A DNA stretch of 63,232 bases, filler included, from Aduncisulcus paluster (GCA_024181965.1; 4 parts of 4 records of this genome joined end to end with filler, not necessarily neighbours in it), one strand, 5' to 3'; positions 12,101 through 23,636 are shown, counted from the first letter of the whole stretch. The notes: a model not told the origin generated them from the letters alone. Program-made: numbers and translations.

Positions 12101-13888
12101 TCTCTTCCTCACGTATCCACTGGTCCTCGTTTCCTTCAGCTTCCTCCCCTTTCCTTATTGTGTTCAGAGTGGAGAATTGTTTGTAAAGCTCCGACAGAAT
12201 CACGAGGAAAAAAATGTAGAGAAATATTACAACAGTGGAACATTAATTGCAAGGAAGAAGGAATCGAGAATCATCATGACATTGACCTTAAACCTGCATC
12301 TGTCTCCTCGGATCGTCCACATCTCCATCCCCACCAAGAAGGAGTTGGTCAGGGACACTATACTGAAGATCAACAGGGAGCAAAGAAGACAACTCCATCT
12401 CAGCAATCTCATCCATCAAAACAATCAAAGCAACGCTCTAAACCATCATTCACATCACTTGACGATGCCATAGAGGCTCTTAAATTGAATGTATCTTCCC
12501 TCGCAGATGTCCATTCCTCCCTTAACTCCCTCCATAAAGTTATATGTGGTGTTTTGTGTGAGTTACGCACCATGACATTGAATGTTTGGGATCAAACCCA
12601 ACGTGAGAAGGAAACAAAAGCCAAGACAAAGTCTTATACTTCCTCCTCTTCTTCTGCTTCAAGTGGAATGCCAACAGAAGATGCCATATTCCCATCAGAA
12701 TTCTCTGATGTCGACCAACTCATTCAGTTCCTGTGTGTTTTGGCTGTGTGTAGTCCAATCCATGGAAGGAGTCAGAATCCTTTTGATAGCGTTGATAAGG
12801 ACCCTGTCATGGCTCGTTTCTCAATACACACGATATTCATTCACTTACTATCATCTCTCTCATCCTTTTGTCTTACACTGGGAGATTTGTCCTCTGATCA
12901 GGACTGCGGGAGGCATAAACGGAGTGTGTATACTATGATACGTCTCTTAGAGGAGAGTAGAGATGGTCTCGATATCTCCACTCCCACCTTAAAGCTCTTC
13001 ACCCATTCTTCCCCTTCCTCGTCGTATGCATCCTTTCCCATGCCGCATCCCATTGAACATATCTTCACCTATGCTCTTTCATCCTTATGGGAGTTATATC
13101 TTATGAGTGATTTCTTGATGGAATGGTGTGGAGTCCTTGAGTTGGACACCTCAGATATATTGAAGAAGACATTCAAGACTTCTGCCGCCTCTCAGACATG
13201 TCGTTCTCTACTCTCCTCTACTTCTGCCTCTGCTTCTATCTCTCTCGCTTCAGGTGTTGAGCATGATGATCAAACCAAACAACAACAACAAGAGGGAGAG
13301 GAAGAAGAGGAAGAAGATGAAGAAGAGGAGGAAGAGGAAGAGGAGAGAGATATTCATTCAACTTTTAACCCATATACTCATGACATGGCCCATTCTTCTT
13401 CTGCAATCATCAGTCACCAACATGGTCAAGGAATGTCAATAATGGAGCATCAGGGCAGTCTGTTGTCTTTCAAGGATCAATTTAAGATGGGATCTTACTT
13501 TGAGTTTAGCGGACTGGGCTATCGTCATGTCGGCCAGTTCCTCTTGCCTGTCCCATTCAAGGGGATAAAGGCAAGACAAGAATGCGAGAAGGTTGGTCGT
13601 TTCGATGAGGGTCGAATTAAAGTGTGGTATGATATGCATGTGATGTGGCAAGGGAAAAAGAAGCTTGCCAGAGAAAACGATGAACAAAATCGGATTATTG
13701 ACAGAAGATTGAATGGAATGGCTTCAAAGTTGTATGATAAGATGTCCGATGAAATCGATTCATTGAGCGTTATTGTTGAAAGAATTGAAAGCACAAGACA
13801 AAAGAAACATTATCAAAAGAAGAAATATGGGAAGAAAAAGACTCATCATTATGAAGGAAAAAAGAAAACACATGAAAAGAAGAAATGA
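9107..13888 (+). CDS. Est1/SMG5-6-7 family protein (14-3-3-like TPR domain), no PIN domain evident
   Basis: CFVWYGDIYRY, YALSLYLDPSFGAAFNSLAI and VRALLASFPFPHSFHNL match Est1-domain motifs (LGDL.RY; P..G..YNQLA; RSL...PF..A..NL). Long Ser-rich insertions. Start uncertain (9140, or 9050 with a short intron). Confidence 0.7.
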   Translation: MLKSLFFGSTCMAEKIIGHTLQKDLPCNVKIENIFQYSQKNIVQAPKLSTLNLQCLRRSGKMLAIYKAFRRDVKAIEDTTTVWKKGFYHIFRQLRTSLKQVQDSAISVVDPSAQPDQEAQSDEIRNKEAMLRQSYKASLIEAKELYSSIIVNIITGCGMLKKRGGGVSPDSSSPQFTILKRPPIPSSRLNLLIRLLCTCFVWYGDIYRYAEKHSIDISSSSPYSNLLPTSSTQIYALSLYLDPSFGAAFNSLAISDAIYSTYRKRTDSLMKSIIGRSRVASFSSLHKYRPSQPPSFLLLRNHEYSSPLSCLVNSFLHVRALLASFPFPHSFHNLTHTMHDAAKKLRDLERRVRLKAKRAKLIRDKAEGKPLKNKKAAKKMKGDKKPLSSSSPSSSLSSPSPITLVPFILNLCDLETMLPNSTDCLPSMSEFDSFPLYFDSLFPDVGSITVDEKSRGVKHRFPGSSKYLHGLVQETSSSLSLSAEQEEEESLIPISACSSSSSSSSSSSSSSSSSLHYFKGIALKYPLVKTMIPAIISLSVYECVEFCSLLYNPQAGRAMLEWINQEFQRSRGIEQARSTLKGDPQLSTSHTGYSAKERDSAKERGKERDSDIPLTAVPSCNLLALCLNRPFGQFSPMLHHLSLSVLFTADIIIQGVGFESFSWAKNRFLSLLLYSGLYMYSNSCRDSCELWKEQQLSLNPELSKTIDIDINVDRYYPFSIYHLADPTFISFLFSSLYIVSVLPSFSTSTESLHLAVSFFSEYVSVLRVIISHINKTHVKRSPSVQMSLHHILKVVETILRPLAHCSMIFTSSLCGAIRRLDKANRDALQDIVLLMREKKRRTVGTTSYASTSTRSEPSSSAAAIVPPTTTVVSHGKQFIVESHEDDPIDRDDDTLHSLSISVSQGFSAPLSSIPIDLQRDLLISDAHPSIIDPSFISQASSTTSSLTSIPTLSSQGSTTITKPQVQPISGTSPVPSSSSSSSSSSSSVSSPFVKTTPSSLPHVSTGPRFLQLPPLSLLCSEWRIVCKAPTESRGKKCREILQQWNINCKEEGIENHHDIDLKPASVSSDRPHLHPHQEGVGQGHYTEDQQGAKKTTPSQQSHPSKQSKQRSKPSFTSLDDAIEALKLNVSSLADVHSSLNSLHKVICGVLCELRTMTLNVWDQTQREKETKAKTKSYTSSSSSASSGMPTEDAIFPSEFSDVDQLIQFLCVLAVCSPIHGRSQNPFDSVDKDPVMARFSIHTIFIHLLSSLSSFCLTLGDLSSDQDCGRHKRSVYTMIRLLEESRDGLDISTPTLKLFTHSSPSSSYASFPMPHPIEHIFTYALSSLWELYLMSDFLMEWCGVLELDTSDILKKTFKTSAASQTCRSLLSSTSASASISLASGVEHDDQTKQQQQEGEEEEEEDEEEEEEEEERDIHSTFNPYTHDMAHSSSAIISHQHGQGMSIMEHQGSLLSFKDQFKMGSYFEFSGLGYRHVGQFLLPVPFKGIKARQECEKVGRFDEGRIKVWYDMHVMWQGKKKLARENDEQNRIIDRRLNGMASKLYDKMSDEIDSLSVIVERIESTRQKKHYQKKKYGKKKTHHYEGKKKTHEKKK

Positions 13889-14698
13889 ATGAATTTCTTT
13901 TTATTATTATTATTTTAATTCCAAAAATACTTAAACAAAGATCATATTCATATAATGTGTTATATTGCGCATATTCTTTGTTCTATTTTTAGACAGATGT
14001 TCTATTTTTAGACCGAAAATGAGAACAATATCAGAAAAAGTCTCCTAAAAAAAACCAAGGTCTCAAATTCCAAGTCTCCAGTCAGAAAGAGAAAAAAATC
14101 TCAGCAAATATTCAATTAGAATAATATAATATGAATAATTCTGTCAATTATAAATCGAAATTTGTTTATTCCAAAGAAAAAAACTAATATAAATTTTTAA
14201 ACAATTTTAATTTCCCAACATTTTTTCTTGGCGAACATTTTTTCATATTCTATCTTTTCTAACGTTAATGATTCATAATAATTTGAATTTCTAATTTCAC
14301 TATTAAACCTTAATCAAAACATTTTAAAGGTTAAAAATATCAATAAATGTATATCCATTAAAGAAAATCAAGGAAAGGAAATTGATTTAATGTTTACGAA
14401 AATAATAATAAAAGATTTTTTTAGAAAGAATTTGAATTGAAGTGAGAAGAATGAAGAGAGAATGAAGTCGAAATACAAAGCCATCAAGAGAGACAGACAG
14501 AAAGATCGAACGAATTGGATAATAATGAAAAAGATAAATGTTTCAATTTATCAAGCGATCGAATATAAGTAAATAAGAATTAATTATTATCACGATTTTA
14601 CGATATTATTATTGTTATTTTCTATCATGCTCATATTATATTACAATAACATGAATATATAAAACAAAAGGAATATATTACCAATCTCATCATCTCTG

Positions 14699-17249
14699 TC
14701 ATCTCATATCCCATCCTTCCAGCCCTTCGAGTCCCTCTAACCCTTCCATTCCCTCCATTCCCTCCATTCCAAGATCACCCATCTCACCCATCTCAGCACG
14801 CATAGCATGTTGTAGCTCTGGAGCTTCAATATGACACTCATCATTGTGGTGTCCTTCCTCTTCCTCGTCCTTTCCATGGTCGTAGGCCTGTTCAAAGGAG
14901 CCAACGGAGGAAGAAGGAGAGAAAGGCACATTAAAGGAGTGCATTGGGGCGTGATGAGGCGGGAGAGGATGATGATGTACCCAGCTTAACGTCTGCTCCA
15001 TAGTTCTTCCATCTCCACTATCACCGTACTGCCCTGGAACAGACCCAGAGGGAGTTCCACTGCCAACAACTCCATGTATCCCATGATGGTGCATTGTTCC
15101 ATCGAGAAGGCCCTTGTGGTGGACAGGATGAGGCATCGTTAGGGTGCCCAGGGAGTTGATATGAGAAGGAGAAGGAGAAGGGGATGAAGAAGAAGGGAGA
15201 GCGTGCATGTGTGGATGTGGGAGAGTTGCATGGGGTGTCATCATAGAGTCTCCGCAGGATCTGAATGAGTCCACAATATCAGGTAAATGGGAGGAAGAAG
15301 GGTTTGCAGAAGACACTACACTATCTGGACCAGCACTTATACTTGGATAAGGAACAGATGGAGACCCAGTTCTTGAAGGATGGGAAGAATGTAACATCTG
15401 AGGAGCAACTTCATCCTCTGTCTTGACATCACTCATGTGAGAGGACATGTGAGAGGACATGTCAGAGTATGCTTCATGGGGCTTGGGAAGGGCAGGATGT
15501 CCACCATAGCCAAAGTCTGCGGGGAGAGAAGGATATGGCAACACAGAGGGAGGTTCATGCTGTTGTTTCTTGTCCCTCAACAGAGCAGAAGCAACCTTGG
15601 CAGCAGCAGTGGCAGCAGCGACAGTGGCTTTCTTGTTCTCTTGGCTTGAAGGATTGGACATCTGATGGCTGAGGAAATGTCTTGATATATCGTGGGGAAT
15701 GGATCCACCAAATCCTTGATGATCAAGACCTGGCAGCAAATGCATTGAATGTACAGAACCTCCAATAGAGGAACCGTCAACACCTTTCTTGTCCATACCA
15801 TCCATCTCCATCTTCATATCATGACCTTGAACGTAAACACCCATCCGAGGAATAAATCCACCAGAGGAGAGTCGGAGAGTTTTGGACCCATATCATTTCT
15901 NNNNNNNNNNNNNNNNNNNNATCGTGGGGAATGGATCCACCAAATCCTTGATGATCAAGACCTGGCAGCAAATGCATTGAATGTACAGAACCTCCAATAG
16001 AGGAACCGTCAACACCTTTCTTGTCCATACCATCCATCTCCATCTTCATATCATGACCTTGAACGTAAACACCCATCCGAGGAATAAATCCACCCAGCCC
16101 TTTCTTATCGCCATTCCCGCTCTTCATCTTATCCTTGGCATCATTAACCCAGGCCTCCATTTTGACAACATCTTGCTCCTTTAGCTTGGAGAGCAGAGTG
16201 CGCACACTTTCACACATCTCATCCTGAACAACAATGTTTGTACCGTGAGCTTCACCGATTTTAAGAAGATAAACACGAACTATTTCAACATTATCGGGAT
16301 GAGTGGCACATGCAGCGGCTACACGAAAGACCTCAGTGAGTCGACTCCCTCTGAGAGGACCACGAGCCCGAATATTCTTATTAATATGCTTGAGAACATC
16401 ATCTGCCAAGTCAACATGACAAACATCACAGACAAGACGCCGGACCCATTTCCACTCGGCAGCAGAGATCCTTTGTCTTGGCTGAGGATGCCACATAATA
16501 AAGCAGACGTATAAAACGAAATAAACACATGTGTGTCTCAATAGTTGGCAGATTCCACGAGCTTGAATCCTTGCAGGCTCCTCGGAAACGATTGAAGGAG
16601 ATGGCAAGGGTTGACTCATGACAGTCGAATGGATCATTCCGGGTTCTATAGCTCCCACTGATCCTCCAGAAGCGGGATGGACTGAAGTGGAATGAGCAGT
16701 CGAAGAGTGCATAGACATAGAATCATGAGAAGGAGAATCATGATGAGAAGAGAGTGGAGTCTGAATTAGAGTAGGATCAGAGTGAGAAAACGAATCAGAA
16801 TGACTGGATTGATGCGGGTGACCCGAAACAGAAGGATAAGGACCATATGAAGAAGGATAATATTGATCATATCCACCATATGCCCGATCATATCTTTTGC
16901 CTTCATCTTTGTGTTTAATACTCCCTTTTCCAGCTAAAACGGCAACAGCAGCATTAGCAGCATCGACAGTTTTTTCTAAATCTCTCCTAGAGTGATGTTT
17001 CATAGGCAACGTCATAATCGGACGAGAATGAGGTTGAACTAAAGCTATTTCCCGAGATCTTTTATCTTTAAGACTTTTTGAACCAGATTTACCGAAATCT
17101 CCCTTGTTTCCTTTCGAAATACCTTTTATATCATCAGACTTTTTAACTCGCCCTCGAACAGACTTTGACACCTCCAGAATGAAAGATCTAGAAGTAAAAC
17201 AGAATGGACACGAAGTAGGTCCACGATGGGAACGTGTCTGTCGATCCAT
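14699..17249 (-). CDS. His/Ser/Pro-rich hypothetical protein with a central globular basic domain; one gene split by the gap at 15901-15920
   Basis: ORFs 15819-17267 and 14699-15844 share the duplicated peptide MGVYVQGHD...IPHD on either side of the gap, so they merge. Likely ATG at 17249. Confidence 0.75.
15689..16094. other. 20-N scaffold gap with duplicated flanks and a 38-bp misplaced kinase fragment
   Basis: 15689-15862 equals 15921-16094. 15863-15900 is identical to 3446-3483. Confidence 0.9.
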
Positions 17250-17717
17250 TGTTGTCTTAACAAACAAAAGAAGGTAAATTAAGTATCATATAAAGATATT
17301 TTACGCTTTACATGTAAAATTGGTAATTACCCAATATTATTAAGTTCAATTCGGCAAATAAATGAATTTTATTCTCAACCAATAAGGATTTTCTCAATTC
17401 TGTTTCTCAGGAGCCAACCAGATTATAAAGATAAATTCCAAAGGATAAAATAAGTTGAATATACCTATTTCATATCGTTAATACGGTCTTTTACCCCTAA
17501 TATTCAATTAACTTTACTTTATGCTAGACGCTGCAATGAGGGGAATATTCTAAAATAGATGACAAATTATTCAAATTCATGTATGAATAAGAAGAAATAT
17601 CCAGGTTTTAAACAAATATATATTTTATTTTGAAATTATCTCGTGAACCAAAAATAGACATTGGAGAAACAATCAATCATTCTTCCTTTTGGTCCTGATT
17701 TAGTGATAGATTTTAGT

Positions 17718-18752
17718 ATGAGCCGTCCTACCGTCCAAGTTTACAACCAAGCTGGTAAAGTTGTTGCCGAGACTACCCTCCCCGCTGTTTTCTCCGCTCC
17801 CATCCGTGCCGATATCGTTCAGTTCACCCACACCCAATTGGCCAAGAACCACCGTCAACCTTACGGTGTTTCCCCTCAAGCTGGTGAGCAGACTTCTGCT
17901 GAATCCTGGGGTCCTGGTCGTGCTGTTGCCCGTGTTCCCCGTGTTAAGGCTCACGGTACCGGTGCCGCTGGTTCTGCTGCTTTCGCTAACTTCGCCCGTG
18001 GTGGTCGTATGTTTGCCCCTAATCAGACCCTTAGAAGATGGAACAGGAAGGTCAACCTTAACGTTCGTCGTTACGCTGTTGTCAGTGCTGTTGCTGCTTC
18101 CAGATGCCCTGCTTTAGTTCAAGCTAGAGGTCACCAGATCAAGCAAGTTAAGGAGATCCCTTGTGTTGTTGACAGCTCTGTTGAGACCATGACCAAGGTT
18201 GCTGACGCCATCAGACTCCTCAAGAGAATCGGTGCCTATGCTGATGTTGAGCGTGTTGAAGAGTCCAAGAAGATCCGTGCTGGTCGTGGAACTATGCGTG
18301 GTCGTAAGTACAAGCAGGCTGTTGGACCCATGATCGTCTACAGCGAGGACAAGGGTTGTGTTCGTGCTTTCAGAAACCTTCCTGGTGTTGATGTCACTTC
18401 TGTTGAGCGTCTTAACCTCCTCCGTCTTGCTCCTGGAGGTCACCTTGGTCGTTTCATCATCTGGACCCAATCTGCTTTTGACCGTCTTGACGAGATCTTC
18501 GGAACTCGTACTGAGGCCTCTAAGCAGAAGAATGGCTACCGTCTTCCCTCTAGAATTACTGAGAAGTTAGGTTTCACTCGTGTTCTCCAAGCTGAATCCG
18601 TTGCCTCTGTTCTCCGTAGCACTAAGCCCACTAAGGTCATCTACGGTAAGCGTAAGAACCCCCTTGTTAACAAGACTCTTATGCACCGTATCAACCCTTA
18701 CTACAAGACTCACCTCAAGCAATCTCGCCCTGTTGCCACCAAGGCCGAGTAA
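17718..18752 (+). CDS. RPL4: 60S ribosomal protein L4 (uL4)
   Basis: MSRPTVQVY, LPAVFSAPIRAD, TSAESWGPGRAVARVPRV, LNLLRLAPGGHLGRFIIWT. Strong codon bias. Confidence 0.97.
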   Translation: MSRPTVQVYNQAGKVVAETTLPAVFSAPIRADIVQFTHTQLAKNHRQPYGVSPQAGEQTSAESWGPGRAVARVPRVKAHGTGAAGSAAFANFARGGRMFAPNQTLRRWNRKVNLNVRRYAVVSAVAASRCPALVQARGHQIKQVKEIPCVVDSSVETMTKVADAIRLLKRIGAYADVERVEESKKIRAGRGTMRGRKYKQAVGPMIVYSEDKGCVRAFRNLPGVDVTSVERLNLLRLAPGGHLGRFIIWTQSAFDRLDEIFGTRTEASKQKNGYRLPSRITEKLGFTRVLQAESVASVLRSTKPTKVIYGKRKNPLVNKTLMHRINPYYKTHLKQSRPVATKAE

Positions 18753-18956
18753 GTTTGTTGATTGAGCTTTGATGATGGTATTTTGAATTTATGATTATGA
18801 AGGCTAATCTTTCGAGAATAAAAGATATTTCATCATATTTTTGGCCAAATTTATTTTTATAAGACTCCTAATTTTACCCATCAAATAAAATTGATTCCAG
18901 CCAAAATCTGAAATTGGTTTTGTCGTTTAATTCGAATAAGCCGCGGGCAAATTAGC

Positions 18957-19769
18957 ATGGTTAAAATATTTTTTGTAAAAGATTCGATCAAATTTATTTA
19001 TATTACACATCCCACTCATTCATGTGATGATATTACAAAAACAGTTTTAGAAATGAACAATCTCATTGTTCGACTTAAATATATTGCTGCAGGAATTGAA
19101 GACCTTGCTCATTATGGTCCTTCTAGAAAGCCTGAAGAAAGAGGTCTCTCTTACGCAACCCCTCCAACAAATCCTGACCCGTATAAGCAAAGAGTTGGAG
19201 AAGGTCTTTCCGCTGAAGCCTCCACTCGTTTGATTAGTCAAGTACAAGGGGCATTGAAAATGTATGATCCTTCCCTTGCTGATAGACGTCGTGACACTCT
19301 TCCTTCGACTCTTCACAATGCTCTTGATATTATGAAAGGAGCTGTAATGATTGCTTTTCCTCAACTTCTTCCCCCATATGACCCTATAAGTCTTCTTTTG
19401 CACACAGAGATGGACTGGGCTGCTGGTCACCAGACTTCAAAAGAGTTGTACAATCCTTCAAGCGATGTTCTGTGGTTTGCATCAAGTGCTTTATCAAGAG
19501 ATGCCTTATTGGAAGCATACATTGGGCGTAACGATAAAACAACAATTCGTGTAAGACCTGGAAGAAAAGGAAAAGGAGCACCAGCCAAAGAAACTGAAAT
19601 GAGTGAAGAAAAAAAGCAGATGATGAGTTTCTTTTACAAAAAACAAAAAGAACTTGAAGAATTGGAGAAAGATAAGTCCACTGATTATGCATCAAAGGAA
19701 TATGCTGATCCCCATGGCATGAAGAAAAACCTTCAAGGTATTGGAGATATCAGATTCCCCAGAAAATAG
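18957..19769 (+). CDS. CFAP298: Cilia/flagella-associated protein 298 (C21orf59/FBB18), dynein arm assembly
   Basis: LAHYGP..PEERGL, DP...RVG, MKGAVMIAFPQLLPPYDPI, LWFA, YIGRNDKT, GAPAKE, QMMSFFYKKQKE..L motifs. Confidence 0.85.
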   Translation: MVKIFFVKDSIKFIYITHPTHSCDDITKTVLEMNNLIVRLKYIAAGIEDLAHYGPSRKPEERGLSYATPPTNPDPYKQRVGEGLSAEASTRLISQVQGALKMYDPSLADRRRDTLPSTLHNALDIMKGAVMIAFPQLLPPYDPISLLLHTEMDWAAGHQTSKELYNPSSDVLWFASSALSRDALLEAYIGRNDKTTIRVRPGRKGKGAPAKETEMSEEKKQMMSFFYKKQKELEELEKDKSTDYASKEYADPHGMKKNLQGIGDIRFPRK

Positions 19770-20143
19770 AATAATTATCGTCAAAACCTCATCATTAACC
19801 AAATATAAACATTCTGAGAATTAGATTTGCTCTTTTTAGAGAAGCATGTAAGCACAATCACTTTAGAAAGGATTGAGTTTTTATTTCTCGATATCCTCTT
19901 TCAACAAGTAGTAAATTTTGTCAAAATATGTCCTCAAATATATGTATTATTCAAAATTAGTTCACTTTGTTCTCAATTATTGCAATTTTAGTAATGGAGG
20001 ATTCAAAAACAAAGATTCAAAAATTTTGGTTTTGTTGACATTCGAATTTTGCCTTTCAAATATGATAGAAATACGGATGTTCTCCGAAACTTTCCAAACT
20101 TAAACAATATAATCTTTATAATATACCAAAATAGACTGAATAC

Positions 20144-20845
20144 ATGTGGTTACGGCATTTTCTTTTTCTTATCCTATTGTTATTCTTCTTTTGTTTAATC
20201 AATCACTCTCTATGCGATGACTCATGTTCTTATTCTGGAGGAACTCCTGAAGCAGGGTCTTGTGATGGTCCGATAACTCGATCTATCGCAAAGCGTTCTT
20301 CTCTATCTGTTACAAATAGTGATTGTTCTATTGGCCTTGTTCCTTACAAAAAAGATGGAAGCTCAACAATTTTATGTGGTGAATGTGTTCCTGGTACTTC
20401 AGGAACCGATTCTGAGAGTACTTGTGCTTTAAACGAATTTTGTACTGATAGTGCATCATGTGAGCATATAAAGTCTCATGAATTATATGGAGCAACCTGT
20501 CCATACGATGATATTATTTCTTTTACATCCGATGGTGCTGTTGTTGGTTCATCTTGGTGTGGCACAGGTCTTCGATGTATTCAACATCAATGTGTGGGTT
20601 GTGTGGAAGGATCAGTGAATTATACTGGTGGTTGGAGGATGTGCGTACATGGTGAATGGACGACATCTGCTTGGGTTCGGATCACCAAGGATCCAATTGC
20701 TCTGGCAGCACCACTCACAATTATACTTTGTTTCTTACTATTTATTCTTCCAGTATCATGTATGGCTTGTGCAAGAAGGAAGAGAGAAAAGATCGAAGGA
20801 TTATATTTTGAAGGTGAAGAAAGCAGTTATGACGACTCATATTAA
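20144..20845 (+). CDS. Cysteine-rich type I membrane protein
   Basis: N-terminal signal peptide, Cys-rich ectodomain with CxxC motifs, hydrophobic segment near the C-terminus followed by RRKREK and an acidic Tyr-containing tail. Confidence 0.75.
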   Translation: MWLRHFLFLILLLFFFCLINHSLCDDSCSYSGGTPEAGSCDGPITRSIAKRSSLSVTNSDCSIGLVPYKKDGSSTILCGECVPGTSGTDSESTCALNEFCTDSASCEHIKSHELYGATCPYDDIISFTSDGAVVGSSWCGTGLRCIQHQCVGCVEGSVNYTGGWRMCVHGEWTTSAWVRITKDPIALAAPLTIILCFLLFILPVSCMACARRKREKIEGLYFEGEESSYDDSY

Positions 20846-21231
20846 GTAAGTCGGTGATTAACAAATCGTCAGATCTTATATTGAACACCGGTTTCTCCTC
20901 AAAGAAACAAAACCCATGTTTATTTTAAAATTTTTAATCACCAACCATCATCATTGTCAAAAATTACTCGATTGGGATATATAGGAACATTTTTTTTTGT
21001 GAAAGATAGCTAAACTCTCTCAATTTCAAATATTCCAACATTTGTTGTTCAACGCCATAAATATAGATTCTTGACGTTATAAGAACATTCCCAAATGGAA
21101 TAAATAAAATCATAACCATTCATATCTAGTCAAGAAAATAGCTATAACCAATCCATATTCCATGACGTATCAAATATAAATATATTATCATGAATATTAC
21201 TCAAATAGAATAATAATACTATCATAAATGA

Positions 21232-22484
21232 TTATTTAGGAATCATTCCAGCAAGAACATAAGCTCCAGCCAAGGCGCCCAGTTGGATCCTAACGTTTCC
21301 ACCGCCTCCAATAGCTAATTCAATGTTACTGATCTCACTGAGAAGTTTGGCCTTATTTCCCTTTGGAAGACCAGTCTCTCCAACGGTAATATCAGCGAGA
21401 GCAGAGATGAGAGACGAGGGAGCGATACTCTCAGTGAAAACGAGATCCTCTAACATTTTTTTGTTTTCAACGACTGCATCAGATCCATATCTCGAATGAG
21501 CTGTGAGCAGAGAATTATATATGACTTTAGTTCGAGTGGGAGAGAGTACACCTGAGGTACGATAAACGTCTTCAGCAGTTACTTCACCCTCTTCTTCCTC
21601 CTCTTTCTCTCCCTCTCCTTTCTTATCACCGCACACAAATACACTCACACTTTGCAATACATTCAACATTTTACGCATATCTTGTTCAGCTTGATGCAAA
21701 AGAGCCTCACATCCACCAGGAGAGATCCGAATACTTTCGTTCTTCACAACAACGTCCAACACACTCCTCAATGATGATACGGGTAAGGGTTTAAACCTGA
21801 ATCTGGCACATCTTGACTGGATGGCCGGAATGATCTTACTCACATAATTACACATCAAGAAGAATCGAGTATGTTTTGAATACTTCTCCATAATACGACG
21901 GAGAGCAAATTGAGCATTACTAGCCAAGTAGTCAGCTTCATCGAGAATGACTATCTTCATTTCAGCCAAAGATGGGTGAATAGTGGTCTGTGAAGTATCA
22001 AGAGGATTGGAGCTTTCTGGTGAGGTCGAAGATGTGGTTGGTTTCTTGAGAGTGGGGAAAAACAATTTGCTTGTGGAGGCAAAACTTTTAATTCTTTCTC
22101 GAACGACATCAATTCCACATTCGTCGGAAGCATTAAGTTCGAGTATCATTGATTTATACCTCGAGGGACCGAATATTTCTTTACAAATTGCCATAATAGT
22201 TGTAGTTTTACCAGTTCCGGGTGGTCCATGGAGAAGCATGTGAGGTAATTCTCCTTTTGACAACATCTGCTTAACTTTAATAAAAAAAGAATATATGAGT
22301 AAATTACGAGATATTATAAGTGTAGAATGATTACACATTAAAAAAACAGCTATCAACGTAATGAAAAAACAAGACAATAGAACATACTGGCATGAATAAT
22401 GGGTTCGTGCGATTTAACGCCAGAAAGAGTATGTGGACGGTATTTTTCAACCCAAGGTAAAGTTTCGGGATTGTGAGTCACCAT
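21232..22484 (-). CDS. RFC5: Replication factor C small subunit (human RFC5/yeast Rfc3 type), one intron
   Basis: Exon 1 22484-22388 (MVTHNPETLPWVEKYRP), intron 22387-22275 (GTATGT...AAG), then LPHMLLHGPPGTGKT, LELNASD, ILDEAD, ALRRIMEKY, IQSRC. Confidence 0.88.
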
Positions 22485-22950
22485 TATGAAACGAAATTGA
22501 TTGCAAATCAACAGAAAAAGCTCAATATGACTGCCAGCAACTCAACAAAGAAGAAATATACCACATATTGTTTTTTATTCAGCAGTATTATTTATTTATC
22601 TCAATATTTAACTTTCTATCGCATTTTGGGCCAGATAACTCTATCTACGGGAATACTTATAAAACCCCAGCTATGCGGGATAAAATACTAATATTATTGA
22701 GATAAAATTATAAATTACTCATTTCTTCCATAAAAATATTTATAATGTCGGAATTAACTCTCCAGACGAAATCAAAAGTTATCTGGAAATATAGATAGCC
22801 ATATTTGATAGATTATATGTCTTTTAACGTTAAAATGTTTCATAATTAAAAATTTATTTCCCCTTTCCATGTTTATCCTAAAATAGATATCTGAGAAGTT
22901 CATACTCACAATTTCCTTATAGAGCCAATTTTGAGCCTATCTAAGTACAT

Positions 22951-23446
22951 ATGCCCGCTCGGTACGTGTTTATTTATCCATTATAATCTCTATCTCCTCC
23001 AAAATATTTGTTTTATGTCGATTGTATTAACATTTTTTCATTTTTATCCTTCTTATCTCCAATCTCTTGTCTATTTTGATATTTTTTGAACTTTCCTTTT
23101 ATTATTGTTAATTTTGTTTTTTATCATATCTATTATTTGAATTAGTCTTTACGTCAAAGGTACTTTCCTCGGTTTCCGTCGTTCTCTCTATTCCCAACGT
23201 TGTTCTACCTCCTTGATCGGTGTTGAGGGTGTTAAGACCAAGAGCGACGCTCGTTTTTACCTCGGTAAGCGTGTTGCTGTTGTCTACAAGAAGTCCAGCA
23301 AATCCGACCAATGTGGTATGATCTGGGGAAAGATTGTTGCCACCCACGGTAACTCTGGTGTTGTTCGTGCTAAGTTCGAGTCCAACCTCAACCCCCGTTG
23401 GATGGGACGTACCGTCCGTGTCATGATGTACCCATACAAGGCATAA
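22951..23446 (+). CDS. RPL35A: 60S ribosomal protein L35a (eL33), one intron
   Basis: Exon 1 22951-22961, intron 22962-23145 (GTACGT...TAG). Spliced MPARLYVKGTFLGFRRS...FYLGKRVAVVYK...IWGKIVATHGNSGVVRAKF...RVMMYP. Confidence 0.95.
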
Positions 23447-23636
23447 ATAAATAAAGTGACATAGACTTCATCATTTAGGTTATTATTTTGCAAATAAAAT
23501 CAAAAATATTTATTTTCATCATTAATATACCGGGAAAAAGCAATATTGTCCCATTATCAATACTGCTGATCAAGGGTCACTCAGGACCACTATCCCAAAA
23601 ATTATTGCATTAACATTGAGTATAAACCAAATCATA

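Noticed and set aside
15863..15900. 38-bp kinase-identical sequence inside another gene as gene conversion or a spacer-like capture
   Set aside because: It directly abuts an N gap and the duplicate copy beyond the gap lacks it, so mis-extension during gap filling is the simpler explanation.
17700..18765. Overlapping and antisense ORFs on RPL4 (likewise on malic enzyme and ARF1)
   Set aside because: They are by-products of strong codon bias in highly expressed genes and show no recognisable motifs.
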